Below, piece by piece: positions 1 to 8,803 of a stretch of DNA of 64,000 bases. A program made the position numbers and the translations under genes. The notes beneath the pieces were generated by a model, which was given only the letters and a program-made list of their open reading frames with translations, had not been told where the DNA came from and ran no database searches. The stretch spans positions 47,488-111,487 of the forward strand of contig JAGLQO010000001.1 of NCBI GenBank assembly GCA_023136775.1, read 5' to 3'. Position 1 is the first letter of the stretch. Every line of letters begins with the position of its first letter. This DNA is from Candidatus Pacearchaeota archaeon (GTDB lineage Archaea > Nanobdellota > Nanobdellia > Pacearchaeales > GW2011-AR1).

Positions 1-250
1 ATTCCACAACACCCACAAGACTACGATAAGAAGCGATATGAAGTAATGAAAGAAAGTATACCTCACCTTTTTCTGATTTAATCTTAGTCTTATAATTTTT
101 ATCTGCACCAGCTTCAAGAAGTCGTTTAACTCTGAACAAAAATGGGAAAGGCCCTTTTAGTATTGAAGCAAGTTTTTCATTTAAAACATCAGCTTCCTCT
201 TTAATGGTCCACAATGACTGAGCCCATGATTTAATTACTAAAGTACTCAT
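1..250 (-). CDS. ankyrin-repeat protein (partial, continues past left edge)
   Basis: ATG at 250-248 behind GGAGA; frame open to position 1; translation has RLLEAGADKNYKT and LLHIASYRSLVGVVE ankyrin-type motifs; absent from ORF track. Confidence 0.55.
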   Translation of the reverse strand, partial: MSTLVIKSWAQSLWTIKEEADVLNEKLASILKGPFPFLFRVKRLLEAGADKNYKTKIKSEKGEVYFLSLLHIASYRSLVGVVE

Positions 251-348
251 AATTTCTCCTTACTTGTTTTCATAACAATGCAAATAGAATTCGGACCTGC
301 GATACAAATTTTGAATTCTCAGTTTTAATCTCTCGGCAACTACTTTAT

Positions 349-513
349 TTAAATTTTATTTTTGTTATCAAAACATTTTGAATAACCCTGACAATGTGTT
401 GCACAAATTTTCCCAAGTTCTTTATCATTGAGATCTTGAAGATTTATAACCTCAACAACAATCTCAGTATGATTCGTGATGCATTGAATTATCTCATTCC
501 TACTTTTACTCAT
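349..513 (-). CDS. small hypothetical protein (54 aa)
   Basis: ATG 513-511 preceded by AAGGAGAG; below ORF-track cutoff; tandem with 525..776. Confidence 0.35.
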   Translation of the reverse strand: MSKSRNEIIQCITNHTEIVVEVINLQDLNDKELGKICATHCQGYSKCFDNKNKI

Positions 514-524
514 AGGTTCTCTCC

Positions 525-776
525 TTATCTTGAAATTTTTACTTTATCACTAATTTCATTTAAACGTATTTCGAATTCCTGTATTTCTAAAAGAATTCCT
601 GGACTTGCAATTTTTGCATCCTCTGTTATTTCTTTTAAGGATTCTTTAATATTCTTAAGAAAGATTTTTATGATTGGGCCACTTTTTGGAAGCGTACCCA
701 TCAATACAGAGGTTTCATCTAATCTCATTTTTAAGAAACCAAATTTGTTTGCGATGTTTTCCTTCCCAGTTGACAT
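525..776 (-). CDS. hypothetical protein (83 aa)
   Basis: minus-strand ORF with AAAGGA box upstream; same orientation as all neighbours; preferred over overlapping plus ORF 394..801. Confidence 0.5.
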   Translation of the reverse strand: MSTGKENIANKFGFLKMRLDETSVLMGTLPKSGPIIKIFLKNIKESLKEITEDAKIASPGILLEIQEFEIRLNEISDKVKISR

Positions 777-903
777 ATTATTTCCTTTATTTTTTATTTG
801 ATAAATTGTATGCGTTAATCTTAGCTATTGAGATACTGAATTAAAAGGTTAGCTTCCTGCAGAAAAACGGGCAGGAAGCAAACCTTGTTAAAAAGTGAAT
901 AGC

Positions 904-1311
904 TTAATGGGTTAATATCCTATATTTTAAAATCCCGGTTGAATATCTTTTTTCAGATCTTACGGTATACCTCCACCATAACTTTCTTGAAGTATATTTA
1001 ATATATTCCCAGCGCCAATATCCACCTGGGTTACATCGCCAAACGTAACCATTATACCTATACGATGATGTCCAAATGTGAGATTCATAAAGTTCGTATT
1101 TGCCAAGTATATCGGTTCCACTTCGGACAAAAATCTCAATTTTATCTGGACCTTTGTTTTCAATCCACAATCCTTCTGCAGCAACCCAGTCATAATTATT
1201 TGATTGAAATATAATTACTGGAAAATAAATTTGTCCGTCAGAAGTCATGACACATGACATAAACAAAAATCCGATTAATGTAATTACTATAAAAAATAAT
1301 TTTACTTTCAT
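904..1311 (-). CDS. putative lipoprotein
   Basis: GGAGG RBS; N-terminal signal peptide with FMSC lipobox-like cysteine. Confidence 0.6.
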   Translation of the reverse strand: MKVKLFFIVITLIGFLFMSCVMTSDGQIYFPVIIFQSNNYDWVAAEGLWIENKGPDKIEIFVRSGTDILGKYELYESHIWTSSYRYNGYVWRCNPGGYWRWEYIKYTSRKLWWRYTVRSEKRYSTGILKYRILTH

Positions 1312-1383
1312 TTTTCCTCCTATGGAAATATATCTATAAATTATTTAATGTAAAATTATCACCTCCTTTTATTTTTATAAGGC

Positions 1384-1480
1384 AAGGGCGGGTAGGACTC
1401 GAACCTACGTGTGAGTTCCCGAGAAGTCGAGCGATACAGACGTTTCACCGTTGCAACCTTACCATCTTGGCTACCGCCCC
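1384..1480 (-). tRNA. tRNA-like gene, 97 nt, isotype unresolved (long-arm or insertion-containing)
   Basis: acceptor GGGGCGG/CCGCCCT, class-II-like D arm GCCAAGATGGTAAGG, T arm GTAGG-TTCGAGT-CCTAC; I could not fold a 7-nt anticodon loop. Confidence 0.55.
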
Positions 1481-1607
1481 GCGTTTTTTACTTTTTACTT
1501 TTTGAAGATAATACATTTTGTTCTTAGTTTTATTAAGATAGTTCCTGACTCCAAATGGATATTTTTAGTTAGGAGCTGTAAAAAAGTTGTAAAGACAGGA
1601 TTTCAAT

Positions 1608-1874
1608 TTATTCGTTTAACAAATAAACTCGAGCACGCCAGATTTCATCTCCCGTAAAAAATATTTCTTCTTCTTTGAGTTCCGGTCTTTCTCCTGGCAT
1701 TGGATTCATGCGAGTAATAAGCAATTTCTTGTTTATTACTTTTGCAATTGCAGATTCTACCCCTCTTTTATCAGAGGTCTTTTTCTTGAAATGAAATCCA
1801 CTATCTTTATGCGGCTCACCAATAAAATGTTTGGCAAATTCTTTTGGACAATGGAATGTTTTGTATGTAGCCAT
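1608..1874 (-). CDS. hypothetical protein (88 aa)
   Basis: ORF with GGGGAGA RBS. Confidence 0.55.
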   Translation of the reverse strand: MATYKTFHCPKEFAKHFIGEPHKDSGFHFKKKTSDKRGVESAIAKVINKKLLITRMNPMPGERPELKEEEIFFTGDEIWRARVYLLNE

Positions 1875-2115
1875 AATTTCTCCCCTTCATTTTCATTGGA
1901 ACTAGCAAACATTTAATATTATTAAGAATTATGTTCTAGTCTTTTTTTTAATTTTGCGAATACACATTTTATTTGTCTGACTAATGTACTAAATGGATTG
2001 CCAAAAAATACAGCATCGGGTATTAGACTCATTTTTCTCCTCCTTTTTTGTTTAAAATTATTTGTATTTGACTCAAGATTATGATATCCTTTAAATCCTA
2101 AAGACTTTTTTTTAA

Positions 2116-2520
2116 TCACCTTTTCCTAATTAAAAGTTCCCATATAAATTCAATAAGGACTTCAAAATCTAAAACATAAAATTCTTCTTTGATACCAACT
2201 TCTAAATAAATTGAATCTGAGAAATCAAAGATATCAAATTTAGTTATTAAATAAAGTGATTTTTGAACAGGAAAATTATCTATATCAATTTTAAACTCAC
2301 TACCCTTAATAGAATATTCCAGAGGAATCACTGAATCATTGATATAAATAATTACATCTCCCTTTCCAGACGTGACAACAGAAATCATTTCAACAAACTC
2401 TGATGACTGTATTTTTGGTTCATCATCAATTGTCTCTAGCGAAAAATCTATATTCATTTCAGTTGGTTTTATTTCCTGAATAAATATACAACAAAAGAAG
2501 ACTAATAATATTTTTCTCAT
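2116..2520 (-). CDS. secreted hypothetical protein
   Basis: GGAGG RBS; N-terminal hydrophobic signal sequence. Confidence 0.6.
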   Translation of the reverse strand: MRKILLVFFCCIFIQEIKPTEMNIDFSLETIDDEPKIQSSEFVEMISVVTSGKGDVIIYINDSVIPLEYSIKGSEFKIDIDNFPVQKSLYLITKFDIFDFSDSIYLEVGIKEEFYVLDFEVLIEFIWELLIRKR

Positions 2521-2586
2521 AATTTCCTCCTTTAAGTAAAATTAAAATTGCCACCTCCTAATAGAAAATTAATAGGAGGTGAATTA

Positions 2587-2856
2587 TTAACTCATAACTT
2601 TCAATTGTTTTTTGACGAGGAGATTTATATTAGAGCTATTGTATAGAACAAAACATTCTCCGAATAAATCCAATACAAGATTGTTATTTGAATCAATAGA
2701 TATGGAAACATTTTCGAGTTTCGTTTTATCGGCAGTTATAATATCATAAAGCCCAAGATTATCACTTAGAAAACTTTCGTGATTAATTTTCCATCGTTTT
2801 ACTGGTTCATCAAACCATAGCCATTCGAATCCATTGTCTATGTAGTCATTACTCAT
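2587..2856 (-). CDS. hypothetical protein (89 aa)
   Basis: ORF with AGGAGG RBS. Confidence 0.55.
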   Translation of the reverse strand: MSNDYIDNGFEWLWFDEPVKRWKINHESFLSDNLGLYDIITADKTKLENVSISIDSNNNLVLDLFGECFVLYNSSNINLLVKKQLKVMS

Positions 2857-2878
2857 AATTAAACCTCCTATAATCTTA

Positions 2879-3262
2879 TTATGATTTTCTTACGGTAAAG
2901 ACATCATCCTTCTCTGTAATTTTTATCAGAAAATCTTTTACCTTTGTTTGTGAGTTAACTTTGTCAGTTGTAGAAATCTGGTAATTAAATTTCCCAGAGA
3001 AAAGCGGTTCAAATTCCAGTGTTGATATAAGCTGAACCAGAGTTTCCCCATCATAACTTCGAATCATAACTTTCTTGGTTGAAAGTAATTCTTCGATTAC
3101 TTGCCTTATCTTTTCAGGAAGTTCTAGGTTATCTACATCTCTTTTCATCTGGGAAATCTCTCTTTTCTTTTCTTTAAACCCTGTTGCTCTCTCTCTTATT
3201 CTCATAGAGGGAAGAGGCAATAACTTCGGCAATCCAAAAGGCATGTCCATTTTCTTTAACAT
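2879..3262 (-). CDS. hypothetical protein
   Basis: start moved to ATG 3262 (MLKKMDMPFGL), 8 nt behind GAGGAGA; the ORF-track start lies inside the RBS. Confidence 0.55.
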   Translation of the reverse strand: MLKKMDMPFGLPKLLPLPSMRIRERATGFKEKKREISQMKRDVDNLELPEKIRQVIEELLSTKKVMIRSYDGETLVQLISTLEFEPLFSGKFNYQISTTDKVNSQTKVKDFLIKITEKDDVFTVRKS

Positions 3263-3510
3263 AATATTTCTCCTCATGTAAGTTTCGGGGCGATAATCCC
3301 ACGCTAAAGAACAATAGCGAAGGATTCCAACGAAATAATTTTATTTTTTCTACATTGCCCCATTACAAATGTTATCTTAATAATTGGAGCATTTGAACCA
3401 GATTGGATTAACCCAGCACTTTAACTTTATTTTTTAACTTTAGATTTTTTTGCGAGAGCTCTTTTTATGAACTCATATTTTTCAGGGAATTTAATTAAAG
3501 CTAAAAGCCA

Positions 3511-3534
3511 ACCAGCTTATTACAATAAGCTGGT
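3511..3534 (-). terminator. hairpin terminator
   Basis: ACCAGCTTAT-TACA-ATAAGCTGGT stem followed by T-rich run on both strands. Confidence 0.55.
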
Positions 3535-3553
3535 GTTTTGAAAATAACAAATA

Positions 3554-4099
3554 TCATTTTTCTTCTGATGAGCTTGATTTTTTTTGAGATATTAATTGGA
3601 TTACCTTAAGAATGATAAAAATTAAGAATGAGGAAAGTATTATTTTGAATGCAAAAAATATAAACTTTGCTATAATTATTACATTTTGTGCTTTATAGAT
3701 TTCTCCAAATTTTGGAAATTCATTTTTGAAGAATTTCATTGATTTTAGTATCAAAGCTGGCTCTGCATTACCTACATCAAATTCTTCAAATTCTTTTATT
3801 AAATCTTTAACTGAAGTATGATAATTTTTAATATCGATATCTTTAATAGTTTTTATATCCAACTTGTCTGGATACATTTTTCGTTCGATATTCATTAATA
3901 ATACGTAGTGCTCTTTTGAATTAGTAGCTGTGATAATATCCAGAACGTCATTATCTATTGGCTTATAATTTCTGTCCACTATTGGAGCTGTTCCAAGCAA
4001 TAATGTTAATACAAGGACAACCACTATAACTATCATATACAATGTAATTTTTCCTACAACACTTGACAAATAGGATATAATTGATTTGTCTTTCTTCAT
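3554..4099 (-). CDS. membrane protein (N- and C-terminal TM segments)
   Basis: GGGAGA RBS; hydrophobic helices at both ends. Confidence 0.6.
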   Translation of the reverse strand: MKKDKSIISYLSSVVGKITLYMIVIVVVLVLTLLLGTAPIVDRNYKPIDNDVLDIITATNSKEHYVLLMNIERKMYPDKLDIKTIKDIDIKNYHTSVKDLIKEFEEFDVGNAEPALILKSMKFFKNEFPKFGEIYKAQNVIIIAKFIFFAFKIILSSFLIFIILKVIQLISQKKSSSSEEK

Positions 4100-4172
4100 T
4101 TCTTTTCTCCCGTAAATTTATTTGATAACTTCCTTATACAAAGAAGCAGTTAAAATTTGGCAAACAAAGCTG

Positions 4173-4604
4173 CTACAAGTTTGCTATGAAGAATGAATCA
4201 CTTATCTCTTGCGCCAGCTCATCGTCATACGGTTCTCCAAGGTCATCATAATCGTCTTTCCAGCGTTCTTCTCCCAGTGTCCTGTTGTATTCTGTTTGAT
4301 AGAATTCTATTACAGTTCTATCAATAATCGAAGAATCAAGACAATATTGTCTTGCTAATTTTCTTGCCTCTTCTTCAGCTGAATAATCACCATTGGTAAT
4401 CTTGGCAAGAACGTCTGAAAATTTTTGGTATACCTCTTCCATAGAACCTTCCCTTATAGGAATTATATTTTCTTTCTGGCTTTCTTGCAGATATTCATGG
4501 TAATCTTCAATAGTGGCTAATTTGTTCTGCCCAGAAAAGAATTCTATTGCGTTGATTGTTTCTTCTAACATTTCTCCATTACTTAGATAATTTGCATTTA
4601 ACAT
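4173..4604 (-). CDS. acidic hypothetical protein
   Basis: AAGGAGA RBS; 143-aa ORF. Confidence 0.6.
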   Translation of the reverse strand: MLNANYLSNGEMLEETINAIEFFSGQNKLATIEDYHEYLQESQKENIIPIREGSMEEVYQKFSDVLAKITNGDYSAEEEARKLARQYCLDSSIIDRTVIEFYQTEYNRTLGEERWKDDYDDLGEPYDDELAQEISDSFFIANL

Positions 4605-4755
4605 AATTTTCTCCTTGTGATTTATTCATAAAAATTTAGAAGGTTCTACTGTTTTTTATTAGTTCCTTCTTAGATATAATATCACCTCCTCATTTTAAGT
4701 TAGGAATCTGATTCTTTTTCATTCCTACATTTTTTCACTTCTGTGAGTTTTGGGC

Positions 4756-4860
4756 TGGGCGTGGCAAGATTTGAACTTGCGACCTCAAGCAGGGGTGGAA
4801 ATATTTTGGTCTGGTTATATTTCGTCCATAACTTGTGCTCTACTACTGAGCTACACACCC
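4756..4860 (-). tRNA. tRNA-like gene with ~35-nt insertion in the anticodon arm
   Basis: acceptor GGGTGTG/CACGCCC, D arm GCTC-AGTAGTA-GAGC, T arm GCAAG-TTCAAAT-CTTGC; anticodon stem halves CAAG..CTTG are separated by an insert with its own 7-bp hairpin GAAATAT/ATATTTC. Confidence 0.6.
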
Positions 4861-4896
4861 GATGAACACTTTTTTAAATAAATTCACTTTTCTTAA

Positions 4897-5205
4897 TTAT
4901 TTAATTTTCAAAAGATTGTCGAACTCCTCAAGTTCTTGTCGTTGATTTTTTTCCAACTCAAGATCTTCTTGAGAGTTACTTGTCTTAAATACAAGTTCCT
5001 GAATGGGCTCACCATCTTCATCTGCGATAAATATCTTATTTCCCTTAGCTATCTCGTTAGTTATTCTGGATAGAATAACTATAGAATTTCTGAATACTTC
5101 GCAATCTGTATTCCCGGGATGAAAGGGGCTGGCAACTATTTCATTAAAGTCATTTGCCAGTTCTTTGCTTAGAGAAATAGTTATCCTTTTATTTGCCTTT
5201 ATCAT
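4897..5205 (-). CDS. ribbon-helix-helix (CopG/Arc-like) protein, tentative
   Basis: AGGAGG RBS; N-terminus KRITISLSKELANDF resembles the RHH beta-strand/helix start. Confidence 0.5.
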   Translation of the reverse strand: MIKANKRITISLSKELANDFNEIVASPFHPGNTDCEVFRNSIVILSRITNEIAKGNKIFIADEDGEPIQELVFKTSNSQEDLELEKNQRQELEEFDNLLKIK

Positions 5206-5367
5206 ATTTCCTCCTATGCTATTGTATAAAATCTAGAGAGTGAGTCATCTCTGAGACGTATAATTTATCTATTTTGTGATTTGATAAATCTTGTATTTTT
5301 CATGCTTTCGAGCATTCCTTTCTTCTTAAAAATTTTATTTTACCCAGATTCGAGTTCGAGTTGTATG

Positions 5368-6012
5368 TTATTCTTCTTTCCCAAATTCACAGATAAGTCC
5401 AAGTATTGTTCCCGATATAAATCCAAGGGGTATAAAAATTGGTAGCGCGATTATAATCATGGAGATAAGTGTTTCAATCAAACCATAGATGGTTATGTTA
5501 TCCCAATTAAGAGTTGCGATTGTAACTGCAACAGAAATTACTATTGATGCACCAAGGGATACAAGAAAAAATAGTCCAAGATACCAAATTATTCCATGGT
5601 CTTTTATCTTATCTAAATTTCCGAATCCCTCTTTCTTCCACGCAATTAATGAAATCACAGTTACGAACAATGAAAAATAAACGAAGAGGAAATAAGCCAA
5701 GGTTGTCAGCAGTAGTGAAGCTGATGACGGAGTTTGAATCCATTTATCGAATATGTTTACCGTATAAACTACGCATGATATGGAGTGAATAATCAGCATG
5801 TAACTTAAAATAATTGGCCAAAAACTTTTGTCTGACCGCTGTCTTGTTTTCTTCGTTACTTTTAATATAATATAAATTCCTACCAAAAATACAACAGCTG
5901 CAATCATCAACGATTCCGCAAGATTCTTGGTAAATATAAAATAAAGTCCCCCATAAATTAGTCCTAATACTACTGAGAATATTATAGAGTTTGTATCAAT
6001 TCGTTTTTCCAT
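5368..6012 (-). CDS. multi-pass membrane protein, paralogue family 1
   Basis: AGGAGA RBS; about 6 TM segments; motif AWKKEGFGNL shared with 14157..14705 and 18608..19096. Confidence 0.65.
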   Translation of the reverse strand: MEKRIDTNSIIFSVVLGLIYGGLYFIFTKNLAESLMIAAVVFLVGIYIILKVTKKTRQRSDKSFWPIILSYMLIIHSISCVVYTVNIFDKWIQTPSSASLLLTTLAYFLFVYFSLFVTVISLIAWKKEGFGNLDKIKDHGIIWYLGLFFLVSLGASIVISVAVTIATLNWDNITIYGLIETLISMIIIALPIFIPLGFISGTILGLICEFGKEE

Positions 6013-6199
6013 TTTTTGTCTCCTATAGGCTTTTTATTATTTCCAGCATATCTCTATGTATCTGCTGGATTTCCTTTTCTGCATTCACCATATCCAGTAG
6101 AAGTTTGAAATGAATACCAGTGTTATCAAGTTCTGAATAAACAATATTTCTTCTTTTTATGTAAAGGCAATTCTTCCAGAAAAATATTGGACTATTATT

Positions 6200-6472
6200 T
6201 TACTGTACCATTCGAATGCAATAATCTTGAGCAAGATACATATCCGACTGACTTATCCATATAATTTTTTGCCCAACATAAATTGAATCCGAATCAAAAA
6301 TAACATGTCCTTCTCCAAGTCTACCGTCGTTCATTATCAGTAATTCTTCTTTAGTATGCCCTGTTTTAAGAGCCAGTTTATAGAATGTATCGCCCTTTTT
6401 AACAATAATAATATCAGCGAAAGTCATCACTCCGACTATAAACATAATCATTACTAAAGTTAATTTCTTCAT
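6200..6472 (-). CDS. secreted LysM-domain protein
   Basis: start at MKKLTLVMIM behind GGAGGT; IIVKKGDTFYKLALKTGHTKEELLIMN is LysM-like. Confidence 0.65.
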   Translation of the reverse strand: MKKLTLVMIMFIVGVMTFADIIIVKKGDTFYKLALKTGHTKEELLIMNDGRLGEGHVIFDSDSIYVGQKIIWISQSDMYLAQDYCIRMVQ

Positions 6473-6521
6473 TTGTACCTCCAAATACTTTAAAATTTAA
6501 AATCTATAAATGCATTTTTTT

Positions 6522-6866
6522 TTATGTTATTTTTCTATATATATTTGCAATATGCTGATTTACAGATAGCTCTATTCTGTTAATCAGCGATAACGCAATT
6601 ATTAAATGATCAAGATCTGATACACCATATTTAGATTCATCTTTTTCTTTTATTTCATTCAATATTTTTGATGCATCTTCAACATTTCCTATGAAAATAT
6701 TGAGGTCTAATTTAACATCAGACATCAATATTTTTGATGTTCCATGCCCAAAATGCCTCTCAATGACAAATTCCATCATATTAATTTTTTTGGTGATTAC
6801 TTTGCAATTAAATTTAATTTGAGCATTAAGCGAGGGCATTGGTTTAGTTTCATTGTTTTTATTCAT
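6522..6866 (-). CDS. hypothetical protein (114 aa)
   Basis: ORF with AAGGAAAAG box. Confidence 0.5.
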   Translation of the reverse strand: MNKNNETKPMPSLNAQIKFNCKVITKKINMMEFVIERHFGHGTSKILMSDVKLDLNIFIGNVEDASKILNEIKEKDESKYGVSDLDHLIIALSLINRIELSVNQHIANIYRKIT

Positions 6867-7043
6867 TTTCTTTTCCTTTTTTAAGTAAAGTTCTATTTCG
6901 TTTTTTAAGTAAAGTTCTATTTCATTTTTTTTTAAATTAAATTTTTGTTTTGAGCTAATAGTTTATTCTGTAACTCTTCTCGTGTTTTGTGGGAAGAGTC
7001 ACAGGATAGAATGCTGGGGTCGAAAATTATTGAGGACAGATGA

Positions 7044-7211
7044 TTATTTCTTTTCTTCTTCTTCTTCCCCTTGTTTACCGCATGTGGGACAAATATTATC
7101 TCCACCACAAATTATGCAATGACCTCCTTGACCGTCAGAAAAAACAGAGCTACCGTGACATGAACAACCACCTTTGCCGTGACATGTTGGACAGGGTTTT
7201 TCGTTTTCCAT
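7044..7211 (-). CDS. small Cys-rich zinc-ribbon protein (55 aa)
   Basis: AAGGAGAAT RBS plus the conserved leader cassette; CPTCHGKGG...CIICGG...CPTCGKQG CxxC pairs; below ORF-track cutoff. Confidence 0.55.
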   Translation of the reverse strand: MENEKPCPTCHGKGGCSCHGSSVFSDGQGGHCIICGGDNICPTCGKQGEEEEEKK

Positions 7212-7290
7212 GGTATTCTCCTTAAAATAAGTTTACACTCCCATACGGAATTGTATTATATAATAATTACCAATTTAATGGTTTATTAGT
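7212..7290 (-). promoter_or_regulatory. conserved promoter/5' leader cassette (copy 1)
   Basis: minus-strand order CCATTAAATTGG - ATTATATAATA - short hairpin - AAGGAG - ATG, shared with the 11599, 13324 and 14014 copies. Confidence 0.55.
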
Positions 7291-7300
7291 CTTTAAAGAA

Positions 7301-7328
7301 AACCACTCCTTAAATTTAAGGAGTGGTT
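7301..7328 (-). terminator. hairpin terminator
   Basis: AACCACTCCTTAAATTTAAGGAGTGGTT followed by TTCTTT on the minus strand; the same hairpin recurs at 7743. Confidence 0.55.
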
Positions 7329-7339
7329 GTAAAGTTGTT

Positions 7340-7663
7340 TTATTTATTCTTACTCGGCAGTGTAAGAATAAATAAATATTCCTTGCTGTAAAATTCTGCC
7401 CGATGTTCGTTGAAGTTAATAGCATTTCGAGCAATAACATTTGTTTTAATATCGCAATAACAATTAACATTGATTTTTTTAAATTCGGAAAATTCATGTT
7501 TGGATTTTACCTGAATTACAATCAGCTTTTCTTTGTCAGATAATATAGTATCCTTTTCGAAATAGAGATCACAGGCCCCTAAATCAACATGTTTTAAGAA
7601 AAATTCAGAAGCTTTTTTGACTTCATCCCATTCCTCTGGTGTTCCGCTAATAATTTTATGCAT
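7340..7663 (-). CDS. hypothetical protein (107 aa)
   Basis: AGGAGGT RBS. Confidence 0.55.
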   Translation of the reverse strand: MHKIISGTPEEWDEVKKASEFFLKHVDLGACDLYFEKDTILSDKEKLIVIQVKSKHEFSEFKKINVNCYCDIKTNVIARNAINFNEHRAEFYSKEYLFILTLPSKNK

Positions 7664-7742
7664 TTGTTACCTCCTAGTAACTTAAAGAATTTTTGTGAAT
7701 ATATATTTTCACCAATTTAATGGTTAATTATTTTCAAAAGAA

Positions 7743-7770
7743 AACCACTCCTTAAATTTAAGGAGTGGTT
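7743..7770 (-). terminator. hairpin terminator (repeat of 7301)
   Basis: identical stem AACCACTCC/GGAGTGGTT followed by TTCTTTTG. Confidence 0.55.
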
Positions 7771-7778
7771 TTGCATCT

Positions 7779-8489
7779 TTACATAGATACTTTACATTTG
7801 ATGAATGGACCAGTATACTGTCCATTTTGGTCGACGTCGTAGGAGTAGAATCCTTCGATATTATTATTTATGTATCCCTGATAGCCGATTTCTAAACCAT
7901 CGACTATCGTTATAGAGCAATTGAATTTGTACAATATTGCTGTTTCACTGTTATAGGTTCTCTTGATGATTAATTCGTTTCCGAAATTAATAGTATCCCA
8001 AAATGAAACATTGACCTCAGATAAGAGATAGGGGGTATAGTGTTTCTCTGTTTTCCTATCTTTGTATTCATAGAATATTTTGTTTATTCCCAGTTCGCCC
8101 TTAAGGTGTATTTGAAAGTTTTTTGTTGGGCTGAATGTATTGAATACGCTCAAGTGATAGGTTTCCTGCGAGCCCTCATGAGATGGAATTTCATATTCTC
8201 CGTAGATTGCTTCTGGGTGTTCACAGAAGTGTGAAAATCCAAATTCAAGATGTTTTAACCTCATTCCCATTCCGATAAAATATCTGTCGGATGTCGGATG
8301 ATAGTAAATTATTGATTTTGAGTAGAAGTTGCAGTTCATTGCTCCGGTTATGTAAAATAGGTCGAGAATTTCCGCGTCAACCTCGAATTCGGAATACATG
8401 AAATTTGATTGCTCTTCATACATTGGCACTTCGTTAAAAGATGCCCCTGATGTAAATTGTAATACTAATAATAGAAATGGTATGTTCAT
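7779..8489 (-). CDS. secreted beta-rich protein
   Basis: start at MNIPFLLLVLQF behind AAGGAGAAAAAA; signal peptide; Tyr/Gly/Phe-rich alternating pattern. Confidence 0.6.
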   Translation of the reverse strand: MNIPFLLLVLQFTSGASFNEVPMYEEQSNFMYSEFEVDAEILDLFYITGAMNCNFYSKSIIYYHPTSDRYFIGMGMRLKHLEFGFSHFCEHPEAIYGEYEIPSHEGSQETYHLSVFNTFSPTKNFQIHLKGELGINKIFYEYKDRKTEKHYTPYLLSEVNVSFWDTINFGNELIIKRTYNSETAILYKFNCSITIVDGLEIGYQGYINNNIEGFYSYDVDQNGQYTGPFIKCKVSM

Positions 8490-8572
8490 TTTTTTCTCCT
8501 TGCCCTTTGGCATTAATTTATTGTTTCTTATTTTTTCGCCAATCAAAGATTAGCTAATTATTTTCAAAAGAA

Positions 8573-8600
8573 GCCCGATGAAAAGCTTGTTTTCATCGGG
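8573..8600 (-). terminator. hairpin terminator, GCCCGATGAAAA family
   Basis: GCCCGATGAAAA..TTTTCATCGGG stem followed by TTCTTTTG on the minus strand. Confidence 0.6.
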
Positions 8601-8803
8601 TATGAGAATTGTTTTTTAAATTGTTAATTTAAATTATAAAGCCGAAGTTTAAACTTCGTTAGCTAAAGAAAAGTCTTGGATTTAAGCGATAATGTGGTTA
8701 GTATAGTTCTATTTCTATTGCTGAAGTAGTTTCCTTTTCACTGTTGCCAATATAGATAAGCTGTTAGTGCAATAGGTGGGCTTGGGCTTGAATAGAAGAT
8801 ATA

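Noticed and set aside
394-801. 135-aa plus-strand ORF
   Set aside because: It overlaps two RBS-led minus-strand ORFs in a region where all genes run on the minus strand. Its low-complexity Ile/Phe/Leu-rich translation is typical of an antisense shadow in AT-rich DNA.
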